A stretch of 64,000 nt of DNA, taken from NCBI GenBank assembly GCA_035084275.1, contig CM068750.1, forward strand, positions 9,610,001 through 9,674,000. Reading direction: 5' to 3'. The notes below the pieces were generated by a model. It ran no database searches. It worked only from the letters and a program-made list of their open reading frames with translations, and had not been told where the DNA came from. A program made the translations under genes and the position numbers. The stretch is from Hydrolagus colliei. Its lineage: Eukaryota. Positions 38,701 through 51,847 of the stretch are shown here, piece after piece (positions within the stretch are counted from its first letter, which is position 1; each line of letters starts with the position of its first letter).

Positions 38701-41700
38701 CCAGCAAAAGCAGTGGACAATATAGGAAGACAGGCAAAGAAACTTAACAACTTAAAATAGACAAGTAAATGAGAATTTCTGTTTTGTAAATTGTCCTCAT
38801 AAAAGATTCATTTAAGGCAAGCACAGTTATTCAAATGTGTTGGTTGCATAGTTTTATAGTGGATGGATTTTTACGTGCACAATTCCCGCTATGTGCCAAT
38901 GTACTAATTCCCTATAAATTAAGCATGTAATTCATTGATGCAAAAAAAGTTACATTGACCAGCTACATATTGGTTAGAAATGAACTCAAGGTGTACGAAT
39001 ATCATGATACCAGTACTGTCTTTTTGTATGCTAGTACAAGTTAAGACTGCAAGTATAACGCAGACTTCCTGGAAATCGAGATGCCAACCTGTGCTGCAAT
39101 GCTACAAGGGAAGAGTGACACTAATACCTACTGTTACTAGCACAGCACCTAACAATGAACATCCAGAGTCATCGAAGGTCAATGTGTGCATAGTAGTTAC
39201 GTGCAATTCAATCCATGCTTTTGCATAATTCAGATTCTCCGAATTTTTTAATTCATGAATGATGAAAAGGTGTACTTAATTTCATCTCTCGTGGATCTCA
39301 AAACTCTTTTCAAACCTTATTTCTGTGGCCTTACCGATGAGAAAAGTGGGAAAACGCTCAGTGTGAACACACCGAAAGATATAGGCCGAACCTTGCACAC
39401 ACAACGTGGGTATTAATATCCTTGTTTAAGTTGATTTATAGCTTAATTCATTATCCTTTTTGTATTAGTAATTATTTCTAAAATACCAGAGAGCTAAATT
39501 CCCCCCCACCCGCCTGAGTTCTACTAAGCATTTGATTTAAGGCCAGACTGCACAAAATCATGAGGTTCATATGCTGGACTCTGCCTTTCTGAGCTCTGAC
39601 ATTTCAAAATATTTATTGCTCTTCTGCATTACTGCATTCCTTATAGATCTTAAGGTGATTGGTGGTTTTTAACCATAATGCAATTAATAAAATCTGCAAT
39701 CATTCATTTTTATTATTTATCCATGCTGTGTATTAAAAGAGCTGGTTCTCTGTCTACATTAAGATAAGGAAGTCAGTTCAAAGCTTGCATGTGCATAATA
39801 AACAGATAATTTTCAAATGTAGACCTCCCTTGCTGCATTCGGTCTGAAGCTGTTCCAACCGAAAGCACAGATTCTTTAATATTTTATTGATCAGATCTAA
39901 ACCTTCTGCCCAAAGTGGCAATTAAATTTCAATTAAACTGACTGAATGCATCATATTAAATTTCAGCGCTTTACGAGCTATCAGATAATGCTGCAGGACA
40001 AATCTTCAGTATGATCACACACTTTTCAAATTATATTATCCTGTTCATTCACAATAAAAGTGACAGTTTTAGGTATACTTTCAATATTTCTTGAGTATAA
40101 ACCCTCTAATGAACACATTTTACAGTCTTTAAATCAATTATTATTAGATATTTTAATAAAGGGAATTGAGCACTTTGTTTTATACACTGCAGAGAAGTTA
40201 TTATAATATTACACTGTCTGCTATGTACTGGACAGTAATAGTGACACAGCGAGCACAATTTCAAATTGCTTAACATAATTTTCTAAATTTAATTAGTAGG
40301 TAAAATAAAAAGATTTGTATTATCCAATGTAACTTTCCTTCCCATTAATGAAAGTTTATCAAAATATATTAGTCATTTTGTTTTTCACTTTGTTTCATCA
40401 TTTCCCATTTGTCCGTAATAAAAATGTTATCACTAGCTCAGTTCTATTATTATCATCAGTAAATACTCATTTTTGCTGTATGCATTTTGAATGTTACTTA
40501 GCAATTAGCTCTCAAGAGTTAAGCAGAGGTACAAAATGATGGTTGTACAGCATTATCGCTATATATAGCATATCAGGTTATACGAATTTAGAATGCAAAT
40601 GTGATTGTTTAATATCAAGCAATAAATTAATTATTGCTCCCATTGCTTCGGAAGGAAATATTTATTATTGTTCCCTTTTCCTTCTTCTTTCTCCCATTTG
40701 CTTAAAAGGTTTGTTCTTTTCTGGTCCTTCTTGTGGTGTTTTGCTCTTTGCATTCTTATTTTATCGACCTCAGCACACATTTGCTGCCTCTTTTTATAAT
40801 ATGGCCACTGCAGAATCGCATCAAGCAAATTCCTGAATCTGCTGTGAGTAATTTAGTACCTTTATGCAATCGCAATTTCAGGGCTCACTGCTTGTTTTTC
40901 TAAAATGTACTTTAGGAATTAGTTACTCCAACCACAAATCAGTTGAATTTATGCACGGTTGTAATACAGTTTATGGCCTCATGGTACATTGCTTCAAAAA
41001 CAGCAGATGTGAAATTATGATAAATATAATGAAGGTTTTTGCCTGATCTACTGAAGTAGAGAGAGATCTGGAGCGTGTTTACCTATCCCATACAGTACAT
41101 TTAATGTCTTAGTCAGGGCTCCTGACAACAGCTGATTAATGTCCTCATCTCTTTTATTAAAGATAAGAGTAGCACTGCAGTCAGGAGATAGAAAGCACAC
41201 CATAAATCTTCGTAAAATGAGCAGTCAAATAATCACTCATCAGAAATGAAATCTACATATATTAACACTAACACTCAGCTTTCCATGTGCATAACCGTTA
41301 AGAAACATAAAGAGAGTACATTCTGTAAATTTTCATTTTTCACAAGGACTATTGGTTTAATGTTAGAGTTCCCGTAACCTGGATGCAGAGAATTCACCAT
41401 TTAAATGCACATTTGAAAGGACCAGATGCCCTGTCATTACGTTAAGAGCATTGAGCAGGCAACAATTAAGCGATTCAGTGGAAAGACATAATGCTGATCT
41501 ATGCTAGCAATTAATCACAGAATACATTAGACAGTGATGGGTGACCTACAAATTTTTGACAAAATAATTTTTCATCATGTTGCCGATTTCTTAGCTTAAT
41601 ATGCCTGCAAGGCACAAAGTCCAAACCTGTCATTTATTCCATCTCTTCTTGACAGGCGGCAACCTGTCTTCCAGACAAAATGAACATTATCTGTGCTAGC

Positions 41701-44700
41701 TAGACATTTAGTGCAGAGCTTAGCTTATGACTAATGATAATAGGCAAGCAGAAATGTTAGAATGTGGAATAATGTTCTCTTTGTTAGGGAAATTTTCAGA
41801 AAAAGAAATAGGTTTACGGTCTACAGAATTAAACATAATAAGCTATCTTTAAAAGCATGGTAACAAACACATTTACATAGATTTTATATGTAATTTAAAT
41901 AATATCCCCCTGGCTGAAAATCTTAATTTTCACACGAGTAATAAAATGTGTTTTTCATAATTATATAATTTTGACCATTGATAAATTTTTGGTTATGAAA
42001 TCCATCTTGATCATTTTTATTGATTTTTTTTTCCCAGTGTAATTCACATAATTTTGCAGAATTTATCCAGTTGAGAATGTAAGTCATCTGACGTGCAGTG
42101 TGGTATTGCACAGAATATTTGAAACATCTCAAATGCTCAAAGGTTTCACAATCAAGGATGGATTCTCTAGCTTTGGGAATTTCACTGGTAATGCCTCACA
42201 CTCTCTTGAACACCAGTTATCCTCCCAAATGATGCTTTACTGTGTAGAGCTGTGATGTCAAGTTGATGGCATTAATAGCTGCTGCCCCCAAATACCAGGA
42301 AGAAACCAGGTTAAAAAGCAGGGTTCAAACAAATTCATTCTCAATAAATTGTCAAATGTCTATTTGACCTAAGCACTAATGCAATGCAACTTGATGATAG
42401 TTGTTTGTGGAGCATGATATAATTGTAGACTAGCTTTTCCATACTATTTTAGGTGAGAAGCAACACTGAAACTCAAACATTTCTTCCACAGGAATGCAAT
42501 GACACTATATTTTCCCGGCTGCTATTTGTTTATTCAATGCCCCTTCTTCCAACAGTGTATGAATTGGTCATCACAGAAGCTTTCATCCATGTTTTTTTAT
42601 CATTAACAGATTCATTACAATCTGGCGACCAGAGTTCACTTATCTGGAACAGGTACAGGCACTTTCAATTAATGAAGACACAATCTGCTACCTATAACAA
42701 AGGGTAATTTATATAAAGCACAGTCCTTGCCATTCATAAACTTCAGTTTTAGTAAGTGAATCATTCTCTTTGTTTTTGACTATTCCTCCTTGTATTGACA
42801 AATTGAGCCCTGACAATGCTCAAAGATAAGGCACTAAAGCAAATATTAATCCAACTGATAGAAAGTGAACAGACTACTTTTAACCATTACCCAAATGCAT
42901 AAGATAAAATATTCTTGTGAAACGTGTACTTACGAATGTTTATCCCATCCTCTTTCTTTTATTTTCCTAGCTGTCTTTATTTCTGAGAGACTGCAGCTAA
43001 AGATAGACTGGACTGTCTCGAGGCAGAAAATTCTCTGTGATGAACATGTAATTTTTATCCTGTATAATCCTGTTGCTCTCATAACAGTATAAATAACGTG
43101 AAAGATGAAGAAAGGCATTCCCAGCTTAATCTAGCAAAATTGGTACTTATTATCTCTATGGTTGTCACAAACATGCTTTCAAATTATCAAATAACAACCC
43201 TTCCACAATATTCTCTTTCTAGTATTTTAACCATTCCCCAATATTTAGATATGACATCTCTAAAGAAAATAAAACAATGCTGCATCAAGCCTCAAAGCTC
43301 ACAATTTTACTGTTTTTTAAGAAAAAAACCATTTGGTCAGTACCTTTGACCTGTATTTCAAAGCCTGAACATGTATCAGCACTTCAATCTACATGCAGCA
43401 TGATCCCTCTTCTTTAGATGCTTCAATATGTACATTTACATCAATGTGTAGAAAGCCTTAACTAACCTAATACGTACTTTGTTTTAGTTTTATATTGGTC
43501 GTCATTATATTGTATTATGAACTCAAGTCCACTTAAGAGTTTCTGTAGCTGTAAAATCATGAAATTGATTTGATATAGTTCTTATTGCATGAGAACATTG
43601 CTTTCTTGTCTGAGGTTTGTTCAAAATGTAGAGGAGGGGATGGGTCATGGAAATCTGAATATCCTGTGTTTTCTCATGGATAAGGACAGCTATCTTCTTC
43701 TCCAAACCATGTGAACGTTTACAGTTGCAATGGGTTTATTTTACGGAGGGGATGATTTATGGTTTATTTATTATATCAATGATAACATTCCACCGGTAAA
43801 TGTAGCCAAGATAATTATGAATGTATACAGTCCAATTCAAGCCACACAGAAAAGCTGGCACTTTTTAGGGGGCATTTATTATGGCAAGGATTTTGTGGCA
43901 CAGCACTTAAACAAGTTATTTGTTGATGGTTTGAAGATTGTTTTTACCTTGCCAAGGAACTTTGAAGAGTAAAAGATCTTTCCCATTACCCGGCACTGCC
44001 CAAGAAAGAAAAGGGAAATTATGAATTTTACGAATAACCAACAGAAGCGATCAGCACATGCAAATTTAAAAAAAGCTTTGAATGAAAATGGCACAAGCAA
44101 AAACTTATCTGCAAAGTTGTATGTACAGTATATATATTTTTAGAAAAAAATTAAAGTAAATCTTAAGCACTGCTGTGATGACAATATGCATAAGCTGGAT
44201 CCTATATTGTTTGTGATTTTCACATGGAGACAGTTTCAGCTGGAATCCTGACAGTGCTCTGTGCATTATGCAAGACTGTCATTGACTGTGACTGTTGCTT
44301 TCATTTTAGCTTCAGTGGAATTTTTTTTCAAAGCGTCATCTTCCACTACTTTAATAAGCACTATTTAAGATTAAGAGTACATTAGCTGATCTTTTAATCC
44401 ATTTGACCCAAACTGTTTGGTTTCATTGTTAATGCCAGCCATTGTCCTCCTTTCACAGGTGTTTTTGAATGAGATCTTTTGTCATTTTATGAAGGGAATA
44501 TTACTATCGCCTGTATCTTTTTACTACCGCTGTCATAGGACAAGATTAATGATTTGACTTAACTGGGAAAAGCAACCCCAAAGGTAGAACCTTTATCTAC
44601 ACACTATCAGTGAATGTGTTACAGCTTTTAATCAAAGAAAGACTTCTCTGGATTAGTTACAACTGCATATGCAAAATGTCAATATACTGGCTTTTGAAGC

Positions 44701-47148
44701 ACGATTATATTAATAGCGAAGACACTTAATCCAGGCATTGCATTTATGTTTTACAAATCCTTTAATCTGGTCCTTTGCAATTTTGCATGCAAACATATTT
44801 TCTTCTCTTTTTTAAAAAAAATATGATAAAATAATATTAAAAGTCCATGGATAACTGAGCATTTGCTTATTAACTGTAATCATTCGTTGACTTAAAAATT
44901 CAAGCACATTACGCCCTGGATGTGGTCTAGGAATATGTAGGCATTAATACACTTTAAATAGCTACAGAGTGGTAAGTGCCTTTACTTCTCACCCAAGTGG
45001 GAATGTTGCAAATACCAATCACAGGTGGTACTTTAGGATATACAATTATTCAAATATCTTCAAAACACAATTAAACACAAGTGGGAAATAAAGCATTTGA
45101 CTCATATATGTAATTATAGTGGAATTGAAAATTCTTGTCTGAAACACTGGTGGAAGAAAGATCTTTCTCTGACCTTGCCTCTGAAGGAGGCTGGAAGGTT
45201 GCTGATCTTTGGGATTGATGTGAATCCTGTTCAAGTCACACACTAGAAATTAATATAATAATAAAAATAGTGGGAATGCGTATCAAGCCATTCTGCATCT
45301 AACGAAGAAAGATAGGTCATCGATTAACCTCTCAGGAGGAGCTCTAATTATTTCAACTGTGCCATGAATCTCAAAAAGCAGGTTCTAGTCAATCGCCATG
45401 TCAGGAAAGCAACCGGAGGTACTCCACAGCAGCTGAAAATCTTCCAATGCACAAAGAACAACATTCGCTATTTTCATTTGAATGTGAATCAGGGGTGGCA
45501 TCCATCAGTGTCTCCAGTGGGTATCTTCCCCATTGATGACATGCTTCAAAACATATTCTCCAAGTTTGGAAGCAGTCCAGAGAACAAGACAGTGGTTGAT
45601 ATTATTTGAACATTAGAAAATCAAAGAAGAGAGAAGACTATTTAACTCACCAAAGTTCATCCTCTTACTACCCTATCTTACATTCCTTGCATTTTTGCTA
45701 TATCCTTGCATTTTACTATGCTGTATATCTTACATATATACAGTGTAGTATCCAGGTGTTTTTTGTGTGTGCCCCAAATGTTTTGTCTCTACTGTTCCAT
45801 ATAACACAATGTTCCAGATATGTATTCTGCATGTAAAAACATCCCTCCTAATATTTGTTTTAAGACTATTATTTACTATTTAAATACTTTTATTATGTTT
45901 AATACATTAAATATGTTTAATCTAGTAATAAAGCAGGTTTAAATTATCCATGCTATTTTAATATTTTATGTATTGGTGATGTCCCCTTTCAACCATCTTG
46001 TGTCTAGTTAAGGTTCTTTAGTCTTTCCTCAAAGCTCAGTCTCTTTAAATTGAGTCATGCTACTCTAACATGCATTATGCCATACAGCAGTTATCAATCT
46101 AGAAACATGTACATAATTCTCATGAACTCAGTGTGGATTCAACAAAAATATTGAAGATTTTAAATAAATGCATCGACTAAAACCAATTAATAAATTGAGT
46201 AACCAAAAAGTCTTCCGAAGAGCAAACCTAGCAGTGCATTATTTGTTGTGCAAAGCGACATGTACCCAATTTTGTATGGTATCTATATTTAGAAGATATG
46301 TTTAATGTCAATCCTTTGAAGACAAACAATATTGTAAACCGATATTGAGGTTAATAGTGCCAGCCGAATATAGGGCATTACAAATAGAGAACCAAAACAT
46401 TTTGCAGGTAATCAACAAAGCAATACAAAGTGACATTTTATCCCATAGAAATCAAGATATTATTATATATTTTGCTGTTGTGATCCCACATTAATTCTTG
46501 TTCAGTGGAAAATGCTTTAGAAATAAGAAAAGTTCTAAAACAATGAAGTTCACAATATTCTCACATCAATAACAGGTTCAGTAGATAAGGGTAATTTTGC
46601 CCAAACTTTAGTAATCATGTAAATGTGTTTTTCTTTCATTGATAGAAGACATTATATAAATTGTTTCACCCAATCATTTGGTATTATTTGCAGCTCTATA
46701 TCTTTGTGGAGTCACCCTCAACATTAAAGCATTTAAGTAAAGTGGTAACTTAACGTTGATCCTAATCTTTATTCTATTCATTCAAGGGCATCTCTTGGGA
46801 AGCATGTGTTACTCTCATCAGGATTACTTGGGAGAGGAAAGCAAAGTTGGATCTATGAGCTTTTGCAGACAAAGTTCAATTACCTTGCAGGAGTTATGGT
46901 TTTAAGAGATGGTGTAGTCTTGACACCAGAGGGTCCTCTCCCACTGAGCCACTTTTTTCTAGACTGGAAAGCACATAGAGCTGCAGCATGATCACTGATG
47001 GAACAAGGCTTTAGGCTATCATCCATCAAAATCTGTACATATGAAAAACTCAGGGGATATCATAAACAGTGGGACTTCCCCTTGATTTTGGAAAACCTTT
47101 TTCCATCTGCTATTCTCTATGCTGTAGGTTTTCTGGATCTGTTAATGG

Positions 47149-47213
47149 TTTCAGCACCTTGGGACGTCCTCCTGACGTAAAAAGCGCTTTACAAATATAA
47201 TTTTGTTGCTGTT
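47149..47213 (+). mobile_element. L2-like 3' tail fragment
   Basis: tttcagcaccttgggacgtcctcctgacgtaaaaagcgctttacaaatataattttgttg; close to 59857. Confidence 0.75.
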
Positions 47214-47270
47214 TTAATTATTTTCACTGGCAAAGTCTGAGCAGGCAGTTTCTCTGATTCAATCGGTCCC

Positions 47271-47445
47271 GGCTCAATCGGTAGTACTCATTCCACTGCA
47301 TCAGAGGGTTGTAAGTTCAAGCCACACATCAGAATGTAGTGTCAAGGAGTGCTGCATTGTCAGAGATGGCATTCCTTCAGATGAGATGTTAAACTGAGGG
47401 ACTATCAGTCTGTGTTTTCAGTTAACATTAAATATCTCATGGCTT
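47271..47445 (+). mobile_element. DeuSINE 5' half (tRNA head plus Deu start)
   Basis: ggctcaatcggtagtactc..gttgtaagttcaagcc..ggagtgctgcattgtcagag..ttcagatgagatgttaaactgagg. Confidence 0.75.
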
Positions 47446-48359
47446 TTCACTTCTCTTGTGATCTCTATAGGTTCAGATTGAAAGGTCTGATAAGGATCAT
47501 GAGATCCCAAACAATAAAGATAGCTAAAGATAATATCTACACAAACCCAACCTAAGTGTTTGCTATAAACCTAGTAGGCATTCCAATTAGTTACAGGACT
47601 AACTGCATTGCATAAAATAATAATAATCCTTACAATTGATATGGTTCCTATAAAGTTAATATCCTGGAAGGTTTTTTTAAAAAAAAGGATGTCACTGGGT
47701 TTCCCAGGACACTCAATCTGCTATTTGATATGTTTGACAATTCTTTCACTATATTCTGACAAGATAATCTCAGCGGTCAGACATTTGTGTAAAGGTAGAC
47801 ATGGAGTATCTTAAGATGCTGGTGAATTCCTAACATTAGAAATATTGTCAGTTCAAACCAAAATAAACATCTTGTGATGGGAATAGGCACTTGACATCTG
47901 AAACCCGAAGAATGCCCACTGGTGTTCACTGATGCCTATGGGGAAGTGTGCGTGTTTAAGGTCTATTTGCGACAACCAGTTCAACAGACTGCCATGATGT
48001 TGGACAAGTCACCACTTTGACTTCCTTTGCACATTCAGAGGTCTGCAATGGTCTCATCCCTGTTGAACATGTCCATGATTATAACAGCATCTGTCTGATG
48101 TTCTGCCAATTTGTAATTCACTGCAACCAAAATCAACAGTCATTGTACATCATTGGAATTGACCTCTTTATTCACTAATCGCTAGATAAATGCCACTATC
48201 AAAATTTGGCTAATAGGGAGTTTGACTGATGTTTTGATTTTAATGGGCCAATTCTGATTCATTTGTCTTTTAGTTAATTTTTCCTCCTGGGAACATTCTA
48301 GGAAGTTGACGAGCAGGATAACACAAACGGGGAGCTTGATTTTTTGCCATTTTCACAGA

Positions 48360-48460
48360 TATTGATTCCCAACCTTTTTGAGTCACTGAGCACCAAATAT
48401 ATAAAACTTACATGAAGTGAAGTGTGCTTAAGGGTCCAGAAATATGGTTTGGTATCACTG
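48360..48460. mobile_element. Possible hAT-Charlie-type MITE relic
   Basis: Imperfect terminal inverted repeats attgattcccaacc / ggtttggtatcactg, resembling the CAGTGGTTCCCAACC Charlie consensus. Confidence 0.45.
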
Positions 48461-50497
48461 ACGCCCAGAAAAAGGCTTTTAACAAAACCTTAAAAGACAG
48501 GTAGACAAATTGATCTGTTTTCCCTGTTTTTGTTATGGATTTTTATGCTAGGTTTGGAGAAATAGGAATGTCGGGGAGACTACAAATCGTCTGTTATTGC
48601 AATCGACTGACATTCTGTCCTGTTTAGGCACCACAAGGTGGTCTCTAAAATTGGAGCAATGTCAGGGTCACAGATTTTCTGAAATTGAGTTTTATATCTG
48701 CTGTCTACGAGGATCTCAAATCTGTCAGCCAAGCTTCAGAAATACAAACAAAACACAGTTAAGATGTTGTGGACACTTATGACAGAGCTAAAGAGAATGC
48801 AAATTTTGCAGAGATCTCTAAGGGATCAAGAATTGTGTTCTATGTCTGACAAGTTTCTGAGGAGAACATCAGCGTCTCATATTTTGTCATTTTTGCATTT
48901 AATGGGACAACAGAAAGTAACTGTTCTCAAAAGCATGTGATGCTCATCTGACTGTTGTACTTCAAAGCTGAAACATTAGATTTCAGTGTGAAAGCTTGGA
49001 ATCCCTCAGAGAAACAAGATAAAAAATCTAACACTAAAGGGATATCGCTAACATGAAAATACTCTATTTGATATTTGACAGAACAAAATAATATAGAGAA
49101 TAAAATTAGCTGGTCAAATGTAGAGGAGATATATATATATTTTTTAAGTTTACATACTGTCATGAATCCTTTATCCAAAACCAAAACTTTCCATAAAACA
49201 AGCCAACAATCAGAACTTCATTCAGTGCTTAAATGTCCTTTTCAAGGTCCATTACTGGGTACAATATTCCAAATATGGCTTTATATGTACATGATGAACA
49301 TGAGGTTAGAATAACTTATCTTGATTTATAATCATTATTAGTGTTCATGTTTTCTTATATTAATTAACAAGAGCCTCCCCATGACTGCAAATCTTCACTA
49401 AATGATCAATAATCATACCTAGAACCTTACATTTATTTGCCTTACAATCTGTTTGTCACTTTCAGGCATATTTGCTTCATTGGTCTAGATCATTTTGAAT
49501 GCTATTAATCCTCATTTTGTTCACTGGACATACTATTGTTATTGCATCTTGAATAGTGTGAATAGTAGGGAAACCAGAACAAATCTTTGGTTTAAATCTG
49601 CAAATCGCCTGCCCCCCCAAATTGTTCTCAATTGATTATTATCTTCTGGTTCCTTTTTGCTAAGCTAGTTTTCAAATGAAGCATCAAGCTAGAAGCATGA
49701 TGCCCTGAGGGGTAGGTTTCCCAGGAAAATCTGGGTAATATGTAGTCTGGGGAAAGCAGGAAATATGTCCTATATGCTGGACTCCTGTCCAAGCCATGTT
49801 TACTGCACTCTGTTCTGTGCCTAAGGTGATAATAATCTTACTTTTACAGTGAATGGAGAAGTAAAAGACGAGGTCTAGTGGGTCATCATTCAGTTTCCTA
49901 AAGACCCTGAGGTACTTCACAGAAACTGCAAAAAGTTCTTCACACCAGCAAGATACACTAGACTTAATGTTTTTTCTCCACTGTTGGACACAGGAAATGA
50001 CAAATATCACATCATCCTTCTCATTCCCAAAGCACACTCTAGCCTTGGCTCTTCCCAACCTACACCTAATACTTTCCAGAATTAGGTAAGCAAGAAGTAG
50101 TGTTAAGAAACTGCCAGATACAAAAACTTAAATTCTACTCCATTCCCCAGCCTGACAGCACAAAATTCCAAAAACATTTTGAAGAAAAAAACCAATTGAA
50201 AACTTGGGTGTCTATAAGTGGCAAAAGCCAGAGTAGATTTAAGTAAAGGCATATGGTGTAAATGATCTGTCAGATCTCAGACAGGTCAGCCGGTCTGACC
50301 AACTATTATTACCACTTAAGAGCAATTTGCAGCCTCTGCTTGAGTTGTTCCAATGAAATGCTGAACAATTTTTTTGTGTTGGTCTTACTCATAATTCTGC
50401 CTTGCCAATGTAAAGCAATATAAAGTATCTACACCTGAATCACTTGTGCTGTAGGCAACTGTTAAATTACTGACAGTAAAAGAAGGTACACCCAAGT

Positions 50498-50805
50498 TAT
50501 AATAATAATCCTTGCATTTGATATACAGTAGGACCTAATCAAGACGTTGAGTGGTCTCAAAGCGCTTCACAGAAATATACTGCAAAGTGAAGTGACGGTA
50601 TATTTTGTGGGCAAAATACGGCAGCCAATTACACATAGCAGTTTCCCACAAAGAGCCATGGATTGAGAGACCAAATAATTATTTGTTTTAATTATTTTTA
50701 ACAGATTACTACCCCCGAAAATGATTTGCTAATCGACTAACAGGTGGGTTCCTACTTTCTGTTAGGCAAACAGAGGCATATAGAATAAGGAAACTTGCCT
50801 AAGAT
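50498..50805 (-). mobile_element. 5'-truncated SINE of the 33116 family
   Basis: aataataatccttgcatttg..caaagcgcttcacag..ggcagccaatt..taggcaaacagaggcatatagaataaggaaacttgcc. Confidence 0.88.
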
Positions 50806-51717
50806 CACAAAATAGACAGTTATCATGAATCAGAAACAACAATAACAAAGTACATTCACACAGCTCTTTTCACATCGTTCTATGGGCTAATGAAAACTTG
50901 GAAGAATTTTGCTGTTTCCAGGATGGGAATTGAAAGAGGATTGCTTTAAATGAATTCAAATTAATAAATGAATGCAATCAATGTGATTGAACAGTTATCT
51001 GTTGGCTAGCATTCTATTTCCATTCGCTGACCTGTCATTTCTTCCAGCCAACAATGCATTGCCGATTTTAGTTGTGTCAAGCATGTAGCAGATCAACAAT
51101 TTCTTTCACTGGTGCCAGAAGCCCTGGGGCACATTAGTTTTTCTGTCAAGATTCATGCAATATAATTTCACAGACATGTTTGTGTAGTCCAATATGGGGA
51201 AACAGGATATTTCCCATCTAACCAGGTGTTCCCACTACACCATCACCTCTTCCGTGTGCTCACTATCTAATGTTACTGGTCACTTACCCAGTCAGGATCC
51301 AGCCAGGTGTTACTCTCCGAATAAGACACTGGGGAGCCCCTCATCTACTTTCATTAAACAAATAGTCATTAACATTTGAGAACACAATATGACGAGTCTG
51401 CCAGTTGCACAAGTATGGAATTTTAATTGCTCAGATTATTGATTGCTCATTCCCTTATTTTAATATACACAAGTGAACACATGCAAATCCAACAACGAAT
51501 CACACACACAACCCTGTAATTCTCTATGTAATGGGTGCCCGAATGCAGATTTGCTACTTGTAGGTGTGGATGGGTGAAAAATGTAGATTTAGACAGGAAG
51601 ATATAGAGCGAAAAATAATCACAAAGTCGGTTAATCCAATCGGTTCTTACACGCACACCATTGGTGTTCATAACTCCAAAAATTTAAGCAGTTCACCTGT
51701 CTACAACTACAGCCAGA

Positions 51718-51847
51718 AATAATAATAATAATCTTTGCATTTGATATAGAGTCTTATCACATCTTCGAGTCATCTGAAAGTGCTTCACAGAATATACTGT
51801 AAAGTGAATTGACAGCGAGTGCTCCAACTACTGAGTTATAGGACTCC
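51718..51847 (-). mobile_element. Internally deleted SINE (head joined to tail)
   Basis: Reverse complement: ggagtcctataactcagtagttggagcactcgct|gtcaattcactttacagtatattctgtgaagcac...aaatgcaaagattattattatt. Confidence 0.85.

Noticed and set aside
42610-42652. 43-nt plus-strand exon candidate
   Set aside because: Weak donor (gtacag) and no recognisable peptide in any frame
49684-50058. 124-aa minus-strand ORF
   Set aside because: No recognisable domain, and the acceptor context is weak
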